From: Monocercomonoides exilis PA203
Lineage: Eukaryota; Protista; Preaxostyla
Direction: 5' to 3'
DNA: 64,000 bases
NCBI GenBank assembly: GCA_001643675.2
Contig: LSRY02000056.1
Span: 248,001 to 312,000 of the forward strand
Shown here piece by piece: positions 60,413 through 64,000 of the stretch. The notes beneath the pieces were generated by a model. The model made no database searches, was not told the DNA's origin, and saw only the letters and a program-made list of their open reading frames with translations. The position numbers were made by a program, and so were the translations under genes. Within the stretch, counting starts at the first letter, position 1, and each line of letters starts with the position of its first letter.

Positions 60413-63400
60413 TTATCCGCGTTGGTTGCGATAGTTTGCAGGACTGAAACATTAGAAAAATAACAAAACGAGAAGTTTAAAATAACAAGTTACTGAAAAA
60501 CAGAAATCAAACAAAATTGAATAATAAATGCATAATAAATTAAAAAAGAAATGAAGCTATTAAGCTTCTGAAGAATTGAATTAATAATAATTCATTCCAT
60601 TAAAACGATAAAAATGAAAACACAAAAAGAAAAAAAAAGCAAAAATGACTGATTTGCTTTTCCTTATTCTATTCAAGAGAAACATTTCTTTTTTCAATAA
60701 TTATAAATTTATCTAATAACATTATTATTATTATTATTTTAATATTGTTATTTTTTCATATTATTGTTTACCTTTTTTTTATATAATGGGATGCAACTCA
60801 TTCGTTGCATACGGCTGCTGAAGAATGAGCAATTCATTCTTCATAACTACTCTTTTCTTTTCTTTTCTTTTCTTTTCTTTTCTTTTCTTTTCTTTTCTTT
60901 TCTTTTCTTTTCTTTTCTTTTTTCCCTCACTTCTCCTTTCATTCTTTCACGTTCATTCGTTCATTCGTTCATTTATTCATTCACTCCAATTCTAAGCAAC
61001 AGAATATGGAGAAATATACGTGTCTGACACAAGGCCTCTCCTCAGCAGCTGGCGAGTTGTGTGGTTTTCTGTTCTGTTACGTGCTTTGGAATTAGGAGAA
61101 GACGACGGAGATGGAGAGGAAGATGATGAAGAGGAAGGAGAAGGAGAAGGAGAAGAGGAGGAGGAGGAAGAAGAAGAATGAGAAGGTGATTGAGATGCAG
61201 TTGAAGATGAAGCTGAAGAGTCTCCAGATGAAGAAGCAGCAGATGCTGCTGATACTGCTGCTCTGTAAGAAGGAGAATGAGGTATTTTTGAGTGAGGGAA
61301 GAGACGAGGGTGAAGCAGATGTTGAATGGTGTTGTCAATCACAAGTCTGCTCTGCTTGGCAGAACACGAGGAGTTTGCAGGCGAATGGGAAGCAGAAGGC
61401 AAAGAGGAAGAGGAATCAGATGTTGGGGAGATGGACTTGGGGGTGGAAGAAGGAGATGAATGAGAAGAAGAAAGAGAAGAGGAAGAGGAAGAGGAAGAGG
61501 AAGATGATGATGAAGATGACAATGATGATAGAGAACTAGACACCTCAACACTTTTTGGTGTTTTTGGTGCCGTTTCACAAGAAGATGAAGCTGTTCCATT
61601 CGCACTGCCATTCAAATGAGCTGTTTTTGCTGCTCCTTTTTCATTTGCTGAATGAGAAGTAGGATTTCTGTGTTTGTTTGATTCTGCCGAAGACAAAGAA
61701 ATAATTCTTGGTTCGCCTCCGATTTTCGCCAACGGCTTTGAAAGAGGCAGCAGAGGAGAATGAATCGAATGGATTTTGTCGTTTTTCTGTCTGACGGGCT
61801 CTTCTGAAATAGAAGAAGAAGATGAGGAGGAGGGAGAAGAAAGAGAAGAGGAAGAAGGAGAAGAAGATGATGATAAAGGTGATGATGAAGGTGATGAGGG
61901 AGAAGAGGAAAGAAGAGGAGGAGCAGAAGCTGATCCTGCTGCTGCTGTTGTTGTAGTTGTCGTTGTAACTGTTTTGAGAACGACAACTTTTGAAGATCGT
62001 CTTTGCAGTCTGTCATTCGATTTCAGCGATAAAACACGAGAAGAAGAAGACGACGATGATAAAGAAGAAGAAGAAGAAGGTGTTAATGTTGAACTTATAT
62101 TTTCTGTTGAAGTTGAATCAGTTGCATTTTCCATTGAAGATGCCATCATCTTGTTTAAGGGCGTGGCTGATGCTGCATTTGATGTCTGTTCACCAGAAGG
62201 TGTCTTCAAAGGTGTTGAAACAGGAGACATTTCAGCAGCAGCAGCAGAAAAAGAGGAAGACGCTGAATTCAATGAGATTGTTCGCTTAGCAGGTTGTGGT
62301 GTTGTATTTGTACTTATGTTTGTATTTGAATTCATATTTGAATTTGAACTTGAATTCGAATTTGAATTTGAACCAGAAACTGAAGCAGAAGCAACAGAAG
62401 TCAAAGTAGAAATGATTCTCTTCTTTGTGGCTGCTCCATTTTGTGTTGCTTGCGATGTCTTAGCTGAATCTGCAGTGCTGTTTTTAAGAAGAAATCCTGA
62501 TTGCTTTGCTTTCAAACCAGAACTGGTGGTTGATTCATTGGCTGGTTGAGAAATGGATTGCGATGATGATAATGAAGAAGAGGGGGAAGAAGAAGAAGAA
62601 GAAGAAGAACTTGATAAAACAGATACAATTGTTGATTTCGAATTCAAGCTAATGATCCCTTTTCCTGAAACACGCGAAATCTTATGCTTTTCTGTGATTT
62701 CCTTGTTTGCCTCAGAAAAACTCTTTTTTCTGCTGTTCAGTTCATCCACAGATTGAGACTGAGTAACTGTTTTGTTTTGGCTTTCTGCTGAATGAGGGAA
62801 TAATGAGGAGGAGCTTGGAGAATTGTTGTTGGAAGCAGAAGGTGAGTCAAATGAAGAGGAGGAAGAAGAAGATGTTGTTGATATTGTTGATATAACTTTG
62901 GAATTCGTATTTGCAGTTGCAGTTGATGGCGATGAAGACAGCTTGATTGTGGAAGCATTTGGCGAGCTAGCCATCTTTGAGATGGAATGACTCGAATGAG
63001 AGGAAGATGAAGATGAAGAGGAAGGGGAAGAAGAAGAAGAAGGCAGTGGAGAAATAGAAAGTGATGGAGAAAGCGAAGGAGAAGCCGAGGGAGAAAGCGA
63101 AAATGCCGAAAACGACGCGTTTCTGTCTAATTTTGCAGGCAATTTGATTGTCTGGTGCAAACCAGGTGAAATCGGCAGCAGAGGCTCTTTGTTTGCGGGC
63201 AATATTCTCTGCTCAACTGCATTTGTTGTCTTTTCGTGGCTTCCATTGCGACTTTCGTTGTTGTTGCCTTTCTTCCCTTCCTTTCGGCTGTCTCGATCAG
63301 AACGCTTCTTTGAATCGGTTTCTTTCTCTTTCTCTTTCTCTTTTTCCTTCTCCCTTTCCTTTTCCCTCTCTCGTTCTCTTTCTCTTTCTTTTTCTCTTTC

Positions 63401-64000
63401 TCTTTCCTTCTCTTTTTCTCCTCGTTTTTGTTCTTTCTCTTTCTCCTTTGTTTTTTCTTTCTCTTTCTCTTTCTCTCTCACTTTTCCTCTTTCTCTTTCT
63501 CTTTCTCTTTCCCTCTCTCGTTCCTTCTCCTTCTCCTTCTCCTTCTCTCTTTGCCTTTCCTTCTCCTTCTCCTTTTCTTTCCTCTTCTCCTTCTCAGCCT
63601 CCTTTTCTGATTTCTTGTCTTTGCGATGCCAATCTTTGTCTCTTCTTTTGTCTTTCTCCTTCTCCTTCTCTTTCTCTTTTTCCTTCCCCCTTTCTTTCCA
63701 TCTTTTCTCCCTTTCCTTCTCTTTCTCTTTCTCCTTCTCCTTCTCTTCCTTCCCATTCTCTTTACTCGCAACCAACAAACAACCTTCTCCTTCTTTGCTT
63801 CTTCCTCCTTCTCTTTTAGCTCCTTCCTCCTTCTTCCTCTTCTCCTTCTGCACTAACCCTGTTTCTCCTTGTTCTGCTGCCCCTTCTTTTGCTGCCTGAA
63901 CCGGCTGCTGCAAAAGTGGCTGGAAGAACGAAGGGTCGCTCTGAGGCGGGAAGAGAGGGGCAGAAGAAGACGGCTGAGAAAGAGGAGAAGGAGGAATGGA
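60413..64000 (-). CDS. 3' part of a low-complexity protein (KE/RE dipeptide tract, Ser-rich); 5' end outside window
   Basis: An open frame of about 3 kb. A probable last intron (about 61019-60444) leads to a short terminal exon; the exact end is uncertain. Confidence 0.6.
60851..60920. repeat. (TCTTT)14 microsatellite in a probable intron
   Basis: A perfect pentamer array, followed by a short TTCATTCG repeat at about 60952-60975. Confidence 0.95.

Noticed and set aside
3766-63899. Many antisense and alternate-frame ORFs overlapping Ser-rich or Glu/Lys-rich genes (for example 8858-9640, 25300-26103, 61776-62549)
   Set aside because: They are shadows of low-complexity TCT/GAA codon repeats that lack stops, and have no recognisable domains.
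1-64000. tRNA, rRNA, CRISPR arrays, an autonomous transposase or a reverse transcriptase
   Set aside because: None was recognisable by eye. Small divergent ncRNAs cannot be excluded without covariance-model searches.

Overview
AT-rich, intron-rich, gene-dense eukaryotic DNA in the standard genetic code. By inference from gene style (short GT-AG introns, huge Ser-rich insertions, a giant beta-helix/TM/pseudokinase gene) it is probably an oxymonad such as Monocercomonoides. About 16 protein genes can be assembled by hand: a PlsC-type acyltransferase, Atg4, an SPX-SLC13 (Pho87/90/91-type) transporter, an RCC1-like protein, a METTL21-like methyltransferase, NSUN5/Rcm1, a prokaryote-like nucleoside 2-deoxyribosyltransferase-family gene, Vps26, an intronless ~2,970-aa surface receptor-pseudokinase, an LCAT-family lipase, a ~2,560-aa casein kinase 1 head-to-head with CEP164, a WW/4-TM protein and several orphans. 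The 32.3-38.4 kb gene desert is a nest of inverted repeats. It holds an 818-bp Merlin-like non-autonomous element with a perfect 8-bp TSD, a 262-bp near-perfect palindrome and older foldbacks. It also holds a 1,642-bp element with 142-bp GGCAA-terminated TIRs enclosing a decayed repeat module of the giant surface-protein family. This candidate 'Pack-Merlin' domain-capture element is the top finding. All exon structures and alignments were made by eye; no database searches were run.
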